A DNA stretch of 63,686 bases, the filler included. It is 4 parts of 4 records of this genome, joined end to end, with 100 filler letters (N's around TTAATTAATTAA, not from the genome) between each part and the next. Parts side by side here need not be neighbours in the genome. Positions count along the whole stretch, not along the records: positions 1 to 8,909 come from SRR20825019_1490; positions 9,010 to 40,838 come from SRR20825019_1491; 2 more parts are not named here. The stretch is one strand, 5' to 3'. Made by a program: the position numbers and the translations under genes. The notes beneath the pieces are model-generated. The model saw only the letters and a list, made by a program, of their open reading frames with translations. It was not told the origin of the DNA and did no database searches. The stretch's first letter is position 1. Each line of letters opens with the position of its first letter. This document shows, piece by piece, positions 1 to 9,698 of this stretch.

Positions 1-102
1 ATTTGACGAGAAATATGCTTTCTGAGCCCCTCTTGATTCTTTTCCCCTTTTTTTTTGTCTGGGTATTTTTTCTACCTTCCTAACAATTTGTGTCCATCAC
101 AG

Positions 103-930
103 GGTGTGAGCAACCCCATGGTTGTGAAATATGCGGACACTGAAAGGCAGAAGCAGCAGAAGAAGATGCACATGAATTTTCAGCGCGGCGCATGGCCACA
201 GCAATATGGTCCACGTTGGGGAATGCCCCCTATGGGGCCGCCGTTCCCGATGGGTCCGATGGGTGGTCCGGGCATGCATCATCATGGGATGCACCCGGCT
301 ATGGGTGGGCACCCAGGAATGCCTCCACACCATATGTACCCAGGCCACTACCCAGGCTACCCCCCTCACGGTATGCCGGGAGGTCACCATGCTGTCGCAC
401 CACATGCCGGCGCTACTCCGGCCGCACATGCGGCTTCTGCTGCTGGGCACAATGCGACGGCGGCGGCGGCCCAGGCACACCATCCCGCCTCCACCGCAAC
501 ACATCAGCATGGTGCCGCTGCAAGTGCTTACGATCCTGCAGCCGCACAGCAATACCATGCACACGCAGCAGCCACAGCTGCAGCTGCACACCACCCCGCG
601 GCGATGCCCGGTGCTCCCCCGCCCACTTCAAACAACTCCCAGAATCAAGGTCCCCCAGGTGCCAATCTCTTCATATATCACCTTCCCCAAGAGTTCACCG
701 ACTATGATCTCGCTCGGCAATTCGCTCCGTTTGGCTCGCTAGTATCTGCAAAGGTGTTTGTCGATAAGGTCACAATGCTGAGCAAGTGCTTTGGATTTGT
801 AAGCTATGACAACGCGGAGTCTGCGCAGCACGCGATTCAAGCCATGAATGGAGCTCAAGTGGGAGCAAAGCGTCTCAAAGTGCAACTGAAGAGGCCACCG
901 GGCAGTGGTCACGATGGAAAGCCTTACTGA
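103..930 (+). CDS. CELF/Bruno-like RNA-binding protein, final exon (end of RRM2, low-complexity linker, RRM3); 5' part lies outside the window
   Basis: Translation has [14 protein letters not shown] (CELF RRM2 end) and [16 protein letters not shown]...[11 protein letters not shown]...KRLKVQLKR (CELF RRM3). Upstream are a pyrimidine tract, branch point CTAAC (80-84) and acceptor CAG (100-102) in frame. Confidence 0.92.
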   Translation, partial: GVSNPMVVKYADTERQKQQKKMHMNFQRGAWPQQYGPRWGMPPMGPPFPMGPMGGPGMHHHGMHPAMGGHPGMPPHHMYPGHYPGYPPHGMPGGHHAVAPHAGATPAAHAASAAGHNATAAAAQAHHPASTATHQHGAAASAYDPAAAQQYHAHAAATAAAAHHPAAMPGAPPPTSNNSQNQGPPGANLFIYHLPQEFTDYDLARQFAPFGSLVSAKVFVDKVTMLSKCFGFVSYDNAESAQHAIQAMNGAQVGAKRLKVQLKRPPGSGHDGKPY

Positions 931-1244
931 CAAGGAGATCATCAGTTTTGGAAGGTATTCTGTGTGGACTTACCCATTGAGGCACGCCAAGGCCCTTCGG
1001 TGTCGTGGTTTGACTGGGGGTGTCACCCCTATTTTGTTCCGTGTGTATGTTAATGTGAGATGTGACATATGTACACAAGTTCTTGTAAAGTCCTGTTCCG
1101 CGAATCTGGGGTGTGGGGGCTGGTTTGCCTGTTGTAGAACACTCATGTGCATGTCCTCAACCGCCATAGGAATGTTTAATGTATGGTATGACTGCCGTGA
1201 ATATTCTTTGTCACTGTACCCTCATTGTTGGGCTACACTTTAGT

Positions 1245-3626
1245 CTAGTCTAGGTCAATGAAAACCGCGTCGCAGGGCGCCGGCTTGTTCTGTTTGCTCT
1301 TCCGTTTCAGGTCATCTGTCCGTTTTCTCTTTCTACTTGATTCACCGACCTTAGCTGTTCCTTCCTCCTTGATCGTCGGAATTCTTGTAGCTAGATCCTT
1401 ATCCACAGGTTCCATCACCTCTCTGATATCCTTATTGTTGATAAGGCGGAGCTCCCAGACGCTGAGCAGGTGAAGTACAAGGTGCTGTCGAAGGTTGAGG
1501 TCGTTGACCTCTTTGGCCTGTAATGTGTGCAATATTTGTGTGAGTAAAGGTTGATCAAGTCTGGTGACAACTTACTCGAGCCTCTGAGAAGAATCTATTG
1601 AACTTGGGCACCCAATGGTCCGCATACACCTTGTTCTCACGCGCGTAGTGGTTATACAACGACATGAACTGCTTCTCGTATTTTGTTACGTCAGTGAAGT
1701 CCGACAGCAACTACGTTCAAGTTAGCCAGCATGCTAAAGAATAGAAATTGGTTCTCACCTTGTCGCTACTCTTTTGACTCCAATGCTCATCAATCTCGTC
1801 ATCTGAGTCACGGTCAAGCTCCTCTTTGGAATACGGCAAGGCACACTGTGAATGGTAGTATTGACGCCCGGACAGGTGGACCTTCTTTTTCTTATGAACG
1901 GCCTGGCCGCCGTCCTCTCGCTTTGGCGGCTCCAAAGCCACCAACTCCTTAGTTGGGCGCGGCTTGTAGTTGGGATTCGGGTGAGCGCAAATAATCGAAT
2001 CCTTCGACGTAGCGGCATATAGCTATGGAAGGAGTAAGCAGGGCAATTGACATGCCAATCGACAATACCTTCAATGAATAATGAAACTCTTCATGCTCTC
2101 GCGCCAAGTGAATCAACAGTTCCGGGAACCTTCCAGGTATCTCAGGGCACAAAGGGCACGATATCGGCACTGAATGCCCCTTTCGGTGGAGCCGTTTGAT
2201 TTCATCCTTATAGGCATTCGGATACTGAAAATACTGCGAATATAATCAATATCATTGTTGTGCACCCTTCATATACTGTCATTACAATGTTGTTGGTTGG
2301 ATTCACGTAGATATTATCAGGAGACCATTGTCCCTCTGGCACAATCTGATGAGACGGGGCCCACGATATGTGGAGATGCAAATATGGGTTCTGCAGAAAC
2401 CAATTCAGCTCAACATCTTGAGAATCATATATTTCATTTACCCGAATGAAATTCCACTCCTCATCATCACTGCCATCCGAGTTACCTGCGCTGCTTGAGA
2501 CCCCGGCAGCTGTGGATGATTTCTGACCGGCGTAAAGGGCAATATCATATGCGCCGCCCTGAAGCATTCTGGAGCGAAGATGGTCATAAATGTTGAAGTG
2601 GTGCCAAAAAATCTGGGCTGATGTCTACAACTTTCATTCAGAGAAAGATCAAAACTATGCCTAAATATCCCGCAAACCTCGTCGAAATTCGATGCGAAAT
2701 TCGAGGCGCTCAAAGTTTTCGGCAGCACCTCACAGCTAGAATCGGCAACCCCCTTCTTCGTTACCGCAAGGACCATAATGGCCTTTCGTGTCTTGGGAAT
2801 TTTTTTCCCCGTCAAGTCCAGGAAGCTATGGTCAAACAAGATCTTCAAAAAAGCAACTTAGCACGAGGCACTTGTCCTCCAACCGTGAAAGGGAGATTAC
2901 CTGGAATGGCGACCTGCTGGCGCCGTTAAGTGGTACATGGCATTGCTTGCTCTCAACCTGATGATACTTCTGCATGATCACCTCTACGTCAGTACAAAAG
3001 TGCCAGTGTTCGCCCTTCCACATACCGAAGTTGACTTCTGCAATTCATATATCGCACAGACGAAGTTGACCTCTTTCAGGGCTGCCGCTCGTGACTTGTC
3101 GGCCACCTCACCATTCAAGTCAGTGACGCCGTAAACATTGAGCTTGAGCCTTTTTGAAAACCTGAGGCCACTTCCGGTCAGGGTCAAGCGAACCACTCAA
3201 TGCAACTCCGACAAGGACTTACATGGCCCTTGGTTTTTCGGTTTTTAGTGACTTCTCCTTGAGGTCCGACTCATCCTCAACCTTCCCCGGCGCTTCAGTT
3301 CCTTGATGCTGACCCATTCTTTTTTCAAGTTTTGGTATGACCAAGCTGTTGATAATATTCTTGTTTTCAGTGTTATGCTTTGCAATTCCTGACTTAGCAA
3401 GAGTGTTCCGTTTCGAGATATTTCGTACTAAGAATACAGGCTGAGGCACAGTTACAAAGGTTATCAATCTGCTTGTAGTGTCCCACATACATTATGAAAC
3501 AGTTTCGGAGGTGATATGTCACTGTCACGAACGATTGCTTTTGACTCGATACTATTCCTTGTAATATCACTAAAGTATTTAGATTAGAAAAAAGGCCAAC
3601 TGCTTCTAGTTCTGGGCCCACCTCAT
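1245..3626 (-). CDS. Polycomb PRC2 subunit SUZ12/EMF2/VRN2-like protein (C2H2 finger + VEFS box), spliced; start uncertain
   Basis: Manual splicing with GT-AG introns at 1518-1575, 1711-1758, 2023-2068, 2234-2285, 2625-2677, 2843-2900, 2970-3025, 3162-3222, 3441-3490 and 3570-3621 gives one open frame. It contains PVFLVRN, the CPLC...HLAREH finger and the VEFS box RQYYHS...DSDDEID...LLSDFTDVTKYEKQFMSLYN...HLLSVWELRLI. Confidence 0.85.
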
Positions 3627-3984
3627 TCCTTTCCGACATGGTGTGCTTTTGTCACCCCCCGCCCAACTGAGACAGATATATTCGCCAGCACCAGGAGTAA
3701 CATGTACAAATATATTCCATTGGCAAGTTCTTCGCTGAGAGTCAGCGCGCAGAATACCTCGCGGAGGGTGCGTTACTGCAAACCGGATCCTACCCGGCCT
3801 TGCCCTCGCTGTGTGACTCATCTAGTTGGCTGCCATTTCCAAAGCCGCCAAGCCAAGCATCCTTGGCGAAAGTGATTGGCCAGTTCTTGCCACAACTCGG
3901 CACCCACAGCAGCCTGTCACTCAAGCACCACGAAAAGCGCGTCATGAGGGGTTAAACCTGCTGAGCCTGGGGCTCGCAAGGTGA

Positions 3985-4500
3985 GTGAGCAGTGAAAGGA
4001 AGAGGCCCCCACAACTGCGGGGATGTGGGTGTAGCCTGCTGCCGGGCCTGGCACGGGGCCGCCGGCCTAGCCATACTGATACGGCCGGGGGCCGAGCCGC
4101 GTCGGGCGCCGCGAGGAGGCCCCGGCCGGGGCGGCAGGCACAGGCAGGGGGAGCAGCAAGCATCCGATCCGTCGGGCGCGGGGGAACTGGCGCCGGCGCC
4201 CAAGCCGCCCAGGCGACGCGCCGTCTGGCAGGGGCCAGGCGGGCCTATGGTCCCCCGGGGCGCGGGCGCAGTCGGCCGGCCGGAGCGGCGGCGGCCCCGG
4301 GGTCACCCGGCGGGGAGGGCCGATGCTCATTGACCGACGGCCGCGCCGCGGCCGGCCGGGGGGCCGGACCCGCCGCGCTCGTCACTGCTGCATGAAGTGC
4401 TCCACGATCTTGCAGTCGGCCTTCCGGTCATGGCTCGGCGGACGCGTGGCGCCCGGCCGGGCGGCCGGGACGGGCCGGATGAGCGACGCCACCGGGTTCC
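3985..4500. other. GC-rich intergenic island upstream of the SUZ12-like gene
   Basis: Abrupt shift to GGCC/CCGG/CGCG-rich sequence; ORFs here are low-complexity A/R/G/P strings. Confidence 0.6.
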
Positions 4501-4582
4501 CGCCAAATCTGACCATAAATAAAGTAACAACAGGTATATCATATATCCATAAATATATTTAAAATAACAACTGTGATGATAT

Positions 4583-7500
4583 CTATGGGGTGAATGGACA
4601 AGTCGATCTTCGGGCGGACGCCGCTTCCTCAGACGGAGTAGGTGAGTCAGCCGCGTTCTTCCGGAAGGCATAATTCCCACCAAGGAGGTCAAGCACACTC
4701 CCAATACTACCCCCCTCCTTTGTCTTGGGCTTACTTACGGGCGAATCGTCGAACAATCCCATGGATTTCAGATCTTTCAGGTTCGGAAAGGCTCGCTGCT
4801 GCTTTTGCCAGGGTCGAGTGTCAAATGCCATGGCGCCGCCAAATCCGTTTGATGACCTAAGCTCATCTGCAAACGAAAGAGACCTCTCTCCTTCGGCCTC
4901 TCTAACTTCTGCGCTCAATTGTGGCGTCAACGTCAGATTCTTCACCTTGATCCGTACGCTCTGGAATCCAAGCCCGGCGCTCCGGCTCAGCAACTTCTGG
5001 ATGGCAGCCGAGGTCTCGGCAACATCGTCATCATTGTCAACAAAAGGGCCAGCACCATCTCCACCATTAAGTACGACAATCTCGCTATCTCTGAATGTAT
5101 CTGCTGCATCCTCGCACACACGCTTCAAAAAGACATTCTCAAGAGCGCTATTGACACTAACTTCTCTGTGAACAAATGCTTTCTTCAAATTGTGATCGCT
5201 CCCGGCAAACACAAGAATCTTGCCGGCCTTACTTGAGATCTGATCAACGATTCGACTATCGCACACTGGCAATTTGCTCCGCGTACTTTCGACAGCGAGA
5301 ACAACAATGTCAACGGCCGCCGGAAGCATGGCAACATCTTCAAATGGCACCATCAATGCTGGTTCCAGCAAATTCCCTGCAATTTTTTCCTCCTTCACCT
5401 CACAATACACACCGCTTTCGACTTGTTGCATGCTGCTAACTCGTACCATCTTATTGGGTCTTGGGAGCATTAGATCTGGATCCTCCAGGTTTGTGAAGCT
5501 TGACTCCTCATCAAGGCCAGTTCCCTTTATCATGGAAGTGAAGCGAGACCGCCGTGGCTTGAATGTAGTCGAAGTCTCGTTCGGTCCAGATCCAAAGCTG
5601 CCAATTCCCTTGGCAAGATCTTGCAACATCTTCTCATTACGGCGCAAACGTAATACAGTGTACAAGTCGTCATCAGAGATAGGGGTACTCTTCACAACAA
5701 CGTAAGCTTTGTGGACCTTGCTCCACGCATACATTCCTTTCTTTAGATGTTCTCGTGCTTTCAGCTGTTCAGTCTTGATAAACTTGCGGTATGCAGAGTA
5801 TCTAGTGGACTGGCTCTGACAGAATACCAAGAGCGAATAATCACTCTCGGTGCAGAAATTCAAGCAATTCTGAATAATTCTCTCTTCATCGCTACCACGA
5901 ATCATCACCCCATTCTTTGATTTCATGGCATCTTCGAGTATACGCCGCCCTCGCTGATCTACACGGTCCAAGGAATCCCCTTTGGTAGCGAGTGTAGGCC
6001 AGTGAGGAAGGGAAAACACGAACTTGTCAATCAGAATCCGATCGCCGGTAATACAAGTTGCACGAAGAAGGCGCTGCAGTTGCGGCAGCCGTGATGAAAG
6101 CAAGGATGTTTCGGGGGAGAATTCATCGACTGGAGGGAGAATTCCATCTTCCTCGTCCTCATCTGAGGAAGAGCTGGCATCCTCCTGATCTTCCGAGATA
6201 GAAGAATTCGCTCCACCGGAATTGAGAGATCGATCCAAAGGAATGACTTTCATTTTGGGCAGGGCACGATCGAGCGGAACATTGAATGGCAAGCTCATCC
6301 TGCGACGTGCACGGAATGGAGACGGATCCATGATCATTTGAGAGTTCGCTGCATGGGACAGCTCTGCGTGCGTGTCCAGAAACCCTAGTGAAACTTGCGA
6401 AAAAGGCATCCACTTGTACAAATGTGGGCAGTTCCGAATCAAACAATCGAAAACCTTCCGACCTGGAAGCTTCACCTTAGCGCTTGAAAACTCTTCCACG
6501 GTGTCGGGCTCAACATGTATAGCTTGTTCGTATTGCAGATCAGAGCCAAACCAGTCGTCGAAAAAGTATAGATGCTGCAGCTCACGGTAATCGCTAGCCA
6601 CCAACAGATTGGTTAGATCGTTGACACTCCATCGGGATAGCTGCAAAAGCACCATAGCCTTTACGGAATTTGGGTCAATAATCTTGTTCACGATTGATTC
6701 CACAGTTCCCACTATTGCACCTGGTATTCCGGCTTTGATTGTTTGGAGAATGCGCCGGCTGATTTCCTCATTAGAATAATTTAAGTTGTCAAACATACTC
6801 TTAGGAATCATCACAAGGACACGGGATTTGTCTCTTAACGGAGAACCTCTCCCAATATTGGGTCCTGGAGTCGCCAGTCCGTATTCAGCCACAACGTGAT
6901 ACAGAACATTGACAATGGTGGTAGTGGACGCCACAGAATAATCGATTAAGCTGAAACGACAATTTGACTTCGCTGCCAAATCTCTCATCGCTGTGAAAAA
7001 TGAACTCTCAACTTGATAGAAATCTCTGAACGCTACATGTCGGCCACTGACGAATGACACGACGGCACCTGCCTTTGTCAACGCTTTGATAGCTGTATCA
7101 TGCACCACGGTTATATCGACGAGTTGTCGAGCTCCAATACGGCTGCGAAGACTAGATGGCAAAGGTCCCTCGTCTTTCGGGTGAAACACGCCCCAAAAAG
7201 GCACGGAATTCATTTTGCTGAGGTCAGCCAAGGTCTCTCCCTTCTGTTCATAGCGATTTTTGATGTCTAAGAGAATGAAACACGCTGCATAGACGACGAG
7301 GTCAGAGCATGGCACCTTGGTGTGTGTAGGAAGGTCGGACTTGTCCCTTCCAAACAAGAATGTCGGGTCTACAATACTACTACGGATGGCCACGCCTTCA
7401 AGGTCACTACAGGAAATCTCATCATTCTGTCCCTCCCAGCCGGGAAATGGCGATCGTTTGCAGTCGTTCTTTGGGTCACTATGTTCGTCGCTCTCAAGGT

Positions 7501-8401
7501 CTTCTGGCACGCTCGATACACTGTGCGAACTCGCTTGTGGCCTGGAACCCCATACCTGCTCGTTTAGTTCCTTCCCTATCTCATCAAAGAACTGCGATGG
7601 CAGGACCAATAAGTACGGGTCCTTGAGCAAGTGTGGCGCCAATCCCTCAAGCTCTTTCGCCCTCATGTGGCAAAATCCTGCCCTCCCATAATACTGCCAT
7701 ATAGCAGAATCCTCTGAGTAAATCTTTCGTATGACGTGCCGCGCAACCATCGCCATGGGCGACAAAAAGCAGCCGTCCAATATTTCATCTTGAAGAGTGT
7801 CCATAACCATAGTGTCTCCATACCGCGCAGTTCGCACAGCCACGGGTGTAATTACACGCACAGGAACCATTTTCTTGTTGTCCCACGAAGTTTCACAGTC
7901 CCTCTCTTTAAATGCTAAAACTGAGCTAGTCCCTGTCGCTTCACTCATTGCTTTAGCAACAAGGCTCAACACTTGGTCCATGCGTAGCGTTTCCCACTTC
8001 CACCACCTCACTTGACGAATTGTAACCAGATCTCCATCCTTACGAGAATGGTGCACGTCAAGCCTATATGTGACTAACGGTGATAGACTTGGAAGCACTT
8101 CCGCATTTGCAAGTTTGTAAACTGCGCCACTATCTTCGGATTGGAGAACACTTCTTCCTTTCACCGCCCTCAGTCGCCCGGTAACCCCAACTGTCCCGTG
8201 AACTGGAGATACAGTGTGCTGTACTGCATCACCTACTTCCCTGCCTGTACCTTCACTCCTCGCTTTATTTTTGGATTCTGATTTTGTACGTCGGTGAGTC
8301 TTCCTCATGCGGTTCACGTCCTGCTCAATGCTCGGAAGAGGCCCCAATAGGGCCGACGTTGACCCCCCTTTTCGGAACGGGTTGACCTTTTCTTTAGACA
8401 T
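4583..8401 (-). CDS. RecD2/DNA helicase B (SF1B)-like protein with degenerate ATPase motifs, 1272 aa, intronless
   Basis: Long ORF with RecD2/HELB landmarks in the expected order: LLKDPYLL, KGET, FYQVESSF, the motif I position SLIDYSVASTTT, the motif II position MVLLQLS, and a C-terminal LEPALMVP...SSKAGKILVFAGSDHNLKKAF...SALENVFL segment. Confidence 0.6.
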   Translation of the reverse strand: MSKEKVNPFRKGGSTSALLGPLPSIEQDVNRMRKTHRRTKSESKNKARSEGTGREVGDAVQHTVSPVHGTVGVTGRLRAVKGRSVLQSEDSGAVYKLANAEVLPSLSPLVTYRLDVHHSRKDGDLVTIRQVRWWKWETLRMDQVLSLVAKAMSEATGTSSVLAFKERDCETSWDNKKMVPVRVITPVAVRTARYGDTMVMDTLQDEILDGCFLSPMAMVARHVIRKIYSEDSAIWQYYGRAGFCHMRAKELEGLAPHLLKDPYLLVLPSQFFDEIGKELNEQVWGSRPQASSHSVSSVPEDLESDEHSDPKNDCKRSPFPGWEGQNDEISCSDLEGVAIRSSIVDPTFLFGRDKSDLPTHTKVPCSDLVVYAACFILLDIKNRYEQKGETLADLSKMNSVPFWGVFHPKDEGPLPSSLRSRIGARQLVDITVVHDTAIKALTKAGAVVSFVSGRHVAFRDFYQVESSFFTAMRDLAAKSNCRFSLIDYSVASTTTIVNVLYHVVAEYGLATPGPNIGRGSPLRDKSRVLVMIPKSMFDNLNYSNEEISRRILQTIKAGIPGAIVGTVESIVNKIIDPNSVKAMVLLQLSRWSVNDLTNLLVASDYRELQHLYFFDDWFGSDLQYEQAIHVEPDTVEEFSSAKVKLPGRKVFDCLIRNCPHLYKWMPFSQVSLGFLDTHAELSHAANSQMIMDPSPFRARRRMSLPFNVPLDRALPKMKVIPLDRSLNSGGANSSISEDQEDASSSSDEDEEDGILPPVDEFSPETSLLSSRLPQLQRLLRATCITGDRILIDKFVFSLPHWPTLATKGDSLDRVDQRGRRILEDAMKSKNGVMIRGSDEERIIQNCLNFCTESDYSLLVFCQSQSTRYSAYRKFIKTEQLKAREHLKKGMYAWSKVHKAYVVVKSTPISDDDLYTVLRLRRNEKMLQDLAKGIGSFGSGPNETSTTFKPRRSRFTSMIKGTGLDEESSFTNLEDPDLMLPRPNKMVRVSSMQQVESGVYCEVKEEKIAGNLLEPALMVPFEDVAMLPAAVDIVVLAVESTRSKLPVCDSRIVDQISSKAGKILVFAGSDHNLKKAFVHREVSVNSALENVFLKRVCEDAADTFRDSEIVVLNGGDGAGPFVDNDDDVAETSAAIQKLLSRSAGLGFQSVRIKVKNLTLTPQLSAEVREAEGERSLSFADELRSSNGFGGAMAFDTRPWQKQQRAFPNLKDLKSMGLFDDSPVSKPKTKEGGSIGSVLDLLGGNYAFRKNAADSPTPSEEAASARRSTCPFTP

Positions 8402-8909
8402 GCCTGTAATACTTTCTTGCCATAGTAGCGGTTCGCTTTGTATACAATGCGGAGGCCCAGCCTATGCGGAGACCGCTGCCGGAACTATTTTCTTGTGGAG
8501 GAGCCTCTCGCTGCAGCCGTGCCACCACGTGAGCTTGAAAACTCGTAACCCTGACCGGACGTTCGTCTCTATCATTGACTCGTGATCGCGACCATCATGA
8601 CGAGGCTCAGCTGGCGAGGTTGCTATTTGGCCTGACAAGCCACCAGGCAAACCACAACCATGATAACCAGCCGCGACTCATTCTACTCGAGAGACGAGGT
8701 CTGCGGCCCCTGAAGAGCTGGCCCTCCGGCGCGTTCCCGTCCCGGCGGAAGCTGAACCGTTATTGACCAGGAGAGAGGGCACCAGTATCCGCCTCGCACA
8801 GCCTCGGGTCCGTTCCTGACGATGCCGGGAACGACCCGGCGGGGGCCGGGGGAGTCCGGCCCGCTAGGCTGGCGGGCGCCCGGCGGCGGCCCCTCGGCCG
8901 AGGCCTGAG

Positions 8910-9009
8910 NNNNNNNNNNNNNNNNNNNNNNNNNNNNNNNNNNNNNNNNNNNNTTAATTAATTAANNNNNNNNNNNNNNNNNNNNNNNNNNNNNNNNNNN
9001 NNNNNNNNN
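8910..9009. other. Artificial contig-joining spacer
   Basis: N runs flanking TTAATTAATTAA (stops in all six frames). Confidence 0.99.
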
Positions 9010-9091
9010 CGAGCCCCCATGGATGGGTTAACGGCGTGTTTGGGGAGAGAGTTGCCGGCCTTTGCTGTGCTCCTGGCAAACAGTCAGGCAC

Positions 9092-9121
9092 AAAAAAACC
9101 GGCCCATCAGGCCGGTTTTTT
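9092..9121 (-). terminator. Intrinsic (likely bidirectional) terminator after rpsT
   Basis: AAAAAAACCGGCC-CATCA-GGCCGGTTTTTT hairpin with A and T tracts. Confidence 0.85.
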
Positions 9122-9142
9122 CATTCAGGTTCCAAAGAAGCG

Positions 9143-9412
9143 TTACGCGCTCTTCAGAGCCTTGATGCGGGCGCTCAGACGGCTCTTCTGGCGAGCAATC
9201 TTGTTCTTGGCGAACACGCCTTTGTTGACCATGCTGTCCATAATCGGCTGAGCCTTCTGGAGAGCAGCTTGTGCTTCTTCTGGCTTGCCGGCCTCAATGC
9301 TGGCCTGGACCTTCTTGATGTAAGTGCGCGCCATGGAACGCAGGCTGGCATTGTGCTTGCGGTTCTTCTCGTTCTGACGTGCGCGCTTCTTGGCTTGCGG
9401 GGTATTTGCCAC
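9143..9412 (-). CDS. rpsT: 30S ribosomal protein S20
   Basis: (M)ANTPQAKKRARQNEKNRKHNASLRSMART...; GTG start with AGGAG Shine-Dalgarno. Confidence 0.98.
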   Translation of the reverse strand: MANTPQAKKRARQNEKNRKHNASLRSMARTYIKKVQASIEAGKPEEAQAALQKAQPIMDSMVNKGVFAKNKIARQKSRLSARIKALKSA

Positions 9413-9698
9413 CGTATAACTCCTGAGATCTGTGAAATCCGAAATTCGTTGTGAATCGATTCGTAAAAATCGCGGGCGCGCCAAAACCAGCGCGTCGAAA
9501 TAAATGACGCGGAACTATGCCGCCAAAGCCCCAAAATGTCAAGGCTCAACGCTATTTCATCCCGGTATCTCCGGCCCCTGTGGTAAACTCGCCGCTCATC
9601 GCCGGAGAGTCCCGTTAAGGCCCTAAGGAATTACCGAAATATGGCCTGCTACATCCCGGGTACATCCAGAAACTACCGAACCATTGTCCAGGCCTAGA

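Noticed and set aside
3942-4704. Several A/R/G/P-rich ORFs in the GC island (likewise 49192-50259 and 52066-52562)
   Set aside because: They are a stop-codon-poor artefact of extreme GC content, with no domain-like sequence.
8954-8965. TTAATTAATTAA repeated three times in the window
   Set aside because: It is an assembly linker embedded in N runs, not a biological repeat.
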